DNA from: Paraphysomonas bandaiensis
Lineage: Eukaryota; Protista; Chrysophyceae
Length of the DNA stretch: 64,000 nucleotides
Direction: 5' to 3'
NCBI GenBank assembly: GCA_965644295.1
Contig: CBFFRP010000072.1
Span: 1-64,000 of the forward strand
The notes below the pieces were generated by a model. It was not told where the DNA came from, searched no databases, and was given only the letters and a program-made list of their open reading frames with translations. The translations under genes and the position numbers were made by a program. This document shows, one piece after another, positions 61,071 to 64,000 of this stretch. Position 1 is the stretch's first letter. Every line of letters begins with the position of its first letter.

Positions 61071-64000
61071 ATGTCATCACATGATCTTCTTGCAATGGCA
61101 TTTGATAACAGTCCAAGACGATCCGATGCTGAAAGGAATAACAATATCATGAAACGAGCTATTGAGATCGGAATGGATCCTTTTAAAGACTCACAATTAT
61201 TTTGGATTGCAGAACAAAGTTTAAAAGCTAAAATGCCTGATGAATGGATTGAATGCAAGACAGAAGAAGGACAAACATATTATTTTAATTTAAAAAATGA
61301 AGATAGTACATGGGAGCATCCTGGATTAGATCATTATCGTCAACTCTATGCTAAAGTTAAGAAACAACAAGAAGATGGGAAGTCAGGATCAAGTGAATCC
61401 TTGCCTGAGATTGGTCAGACAAGTGCTAGGAAAGGCCGCGATATTCCCCAGTCTCCCCGTGTAGTTGCGGCCCATGCTCTAAAACAGAAGCGTGATGCTG
61501 AAAAGCTGGGGGGTGACGCTGTGTTTTGGAGGACACGGTATGATTTGATGGAAAAGGAGGTAGGATATTGCATGAGAGCACTAAACAATGTACTCATGGT
61601 GGTGTCACTTTTCCTTCAGAAAGACAAGATTGAACACCAAGCAGCAAAGCTGGAGAAAGATCTTCAAGAGAATCTCTTGCAGGGAGCTAGACTAATCGAG
61701 ACTAATCATAAACTGAAAACTACTCATGAAGATATTGGAGGCAAACTTCGAGTGGCTGCCAGGAAGATAGTAAAACACTTATCGAAGGTACAATATTCGA
61801 CGTAGTCGTTTTCGCGACGATGCTATATGTGTGTTATTTCTCGAGTTATTGTATAACGTGATTTTTATGTAGCGTGGATTTAAAATAGACCCCCGACGCA
61901 GTGCAGGGGATGAAGACTTGGAGTCGTCCACGGACGACATCCTTCGGGTAATTGATGCTCATGTAGCTATCGATGAGGGAGACAGAGACGAAAATGGTTT
62001 CTCACTCAGCTGGGACGGTGCACTCTCTCGCATCAAAAAAGAATTGGACTACTGTTTTACGTACGGTACGTTTTCACTCGTTGTACATCTTACATCGTCT
62101 GATCTTTATATTACTAGATGGAGATGATTACACTGTTGACCAAGTTGAGCTGAAAGTGAAACTAGAGGATATCGTGCAAATGGTAGTATCATTCGGGTCC
62201 TATCTCAACGAAAATAGTAAAGAAGGATACGTTGAGATGTTTCTCGACCACGTTGTTCAGTCAGCTAAAGGTATGATTAGTTCAGTGTTCACTGTGGATT
62301 TTTAATCCATACTATTTTGTGACAGATAGCACAATGGTTCCTTTAGAGAAAATATCTCGTGTAGGAGTAAAGAGTGAAGCTAAGTGCGCTGGCCGACCAG
62401 ATGTTCTGCTGGACTCCCCACTAGTTGTTTCTGCCTTACGGAAAGATCTTGATGAGGAAAGAGAGCTCTCTAGAACTCTTGGGAAAGAGGTTGAAACCAA
62501 AAAACATGAGTATGTACTCTCACAAGTCCTTTTGTGACAACACTGATTTCGCTATTTGTCCGTAGGCTGCAAGTGATGCACACTAAATTGTTGGGACTCC
62601 AAGCTAGGCTAGAAGACAATCGATCCCATGAGGAGCTTTTGGCATCTAAATTCAATGCCCTTACGAAAAGCATTGAAGATATCAAACTGGTGGGAGAGCT
62701 TACGAAAGGTAGAATATTTACATATTTACAATGTTCCGTAAAAGATGACGACAGATGGTGGGAATATCTCTCAGAAGGTTGCGGAAAACAGTTCCCTGCG
62801 AAAAGAAATAGCATCATTGAATAGCCAGGTGAAGTATAGTGTTTCCTATATACCTTCTTTCTTTTACCTCGATTCAGTTAAATATTGCTAACAAACGAGC
62901 AACTGACGCTGAACGCCGGCTGGAGGAAGCTGTACACCGAGAAACAGATATGCGATCGGAATTAACTACTCTGGAACTGAATTTGAAGCTTAAATTAGAT
63001 AAAAAGAAAGCTACTATTCATGAAATGGCTGAACAAAAACAGGATCTGGAACAGGTGTCAAAAGAGCTGTATGACGAGCTTCAGAATGCTCTGTTGGTCA
63101 GCGCTCGTTTGGAAAAGGATAACGAGGGACTCAGAGACCTTCTTGATGAATACCGCGCCGGAGATGCTAGCGTTGCTGTAGTGAGAGAGAAACTTGAAAT
63201 AGAGTACGAGCGTTCCAAGTCTATGGAGGAAAAGATTGAATCGTTGCAGAAAGATTTGACGACTTTAGAAAAAGCGTACCGAGAAATTGTGAAGGTCAAT
63301 GAGAAGCTGGAGATCGAAATGATGGAAAATCGCGAAGAAAAAGCAAGTCTCCAGTACGAAACGGACCGTCAACGTAACAGATCCGATGTCCTCACGGCTG
63401 ACAACCTAGCGTTGGAGGAGACTGTCCGCAATTTGAAAAATCATATTATGAGACTAAATGACAAAATTGTTGAAATCAAAGGCAATATTAGGGTTTTCTG
63501 TCGCGTTCGGCCCTTGTTTGTGGATGAAATTAACGGCCTAAACATTTCCCAAGCAGATCTGGATTCTCTCGTGAAATATCCAGATTACAATGTTCTGGAC
63601 TTTAACTCTTGCCCATTTGAATTTGACCGAGTTTTTGAGCCTCGCTGTACACAAGAAGATATATTCGAGGAAGTTGAACCATTTGCTCGCTCTGTGATGG
63701 CCGGGTGCCGTGTTTGTGTATTTGCGTAAGTTCTTTTCGGTCATGTATGTGAATTTTGTAATAAATTCGGCTATAGGTATGGGCAAACGTCAAGTGGAAA
63801 AACTCATACAATGGAGGGTACTGAGGATGACTCTGGAGTTAACATAAGGTGTATTGAGCTGCTATTGGAGCTGGGAAAATCCAATACTGAGTACAACACT
63901 GACATCAGCTTGTCTGTTATGGAAATCTATAACGAAAACATTCGGTTAGTTCACAATGTGCTTATATTTATGGGGTGGAGAAATATCTCACACATACGTC
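61071..64000 (+). CDS. Kinesin-14-like C-terminal motor protein with an N-terminal CEP164-like WW domain; continues beyond the window
   Basis: WW region IGMDP...FWIA...EWIEC...YYFN...STWEHP, long coiled coil, neck KGNIRVFCRVRP, FEFDRVF and P-loop VFA|YGQTSSGKTHTM. Many short introns. Confidence 0.85.

Overview
Gene-dense eukaryotic nuclear DNA with short (~45-80 bp) GT-AG introns. The gene set and protein styles point to a stramenopile (ochrophyte, possibly chrysophyte); this is an inference. Host genes: NOPCHAP1/DUF4598-like, organellar seryl-tRNA synthetase, anamorsin/Dre2, a ~2,200-aa ankyrin/IQ/WW protein, an atypical hybrid histidine kinase, TFIIE-alpha, a SAM-methyltransferase-TPR protein, a sulfotransferase, an AlkB-like 2OG oxygenase, V-ATPase subunit a, a mitochondrial carrier, an F-box protein with variable ankyrin-like repeats, a secreted DOPA-dioxygenase-family protein, a CNBD K+ channel and a WW-kinesin-14. 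The most unusual content is mobile DNA. (1) A LINE at 1-5,900 has a polyprotein which, once single-base frameshifts are corrected, reads OTU-like protease, SET methyltransferase, APE endonuclease and the start of the RT region. The SET domain is invisible in the ORF track. (2) A dispersed ~500-bp retroposon family has 10-14-bp target-site duplications, two alternative 3' tails, and a conserved 5' end that folds like an HDV-like (L1Tc/ingi-type) ribozyme. (3) An adenain-type (Polinton/virophage-like) protease remnant is bracketed by two inverted MITE copies that share diagnostic variants. Also present: a non-autonomous hAT element, a pogo transposon, a Copia remnant with a 200-bp inverted duplication, and an orphan ALDH exon. 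All calls come from reading and hand translation; no searches were run.
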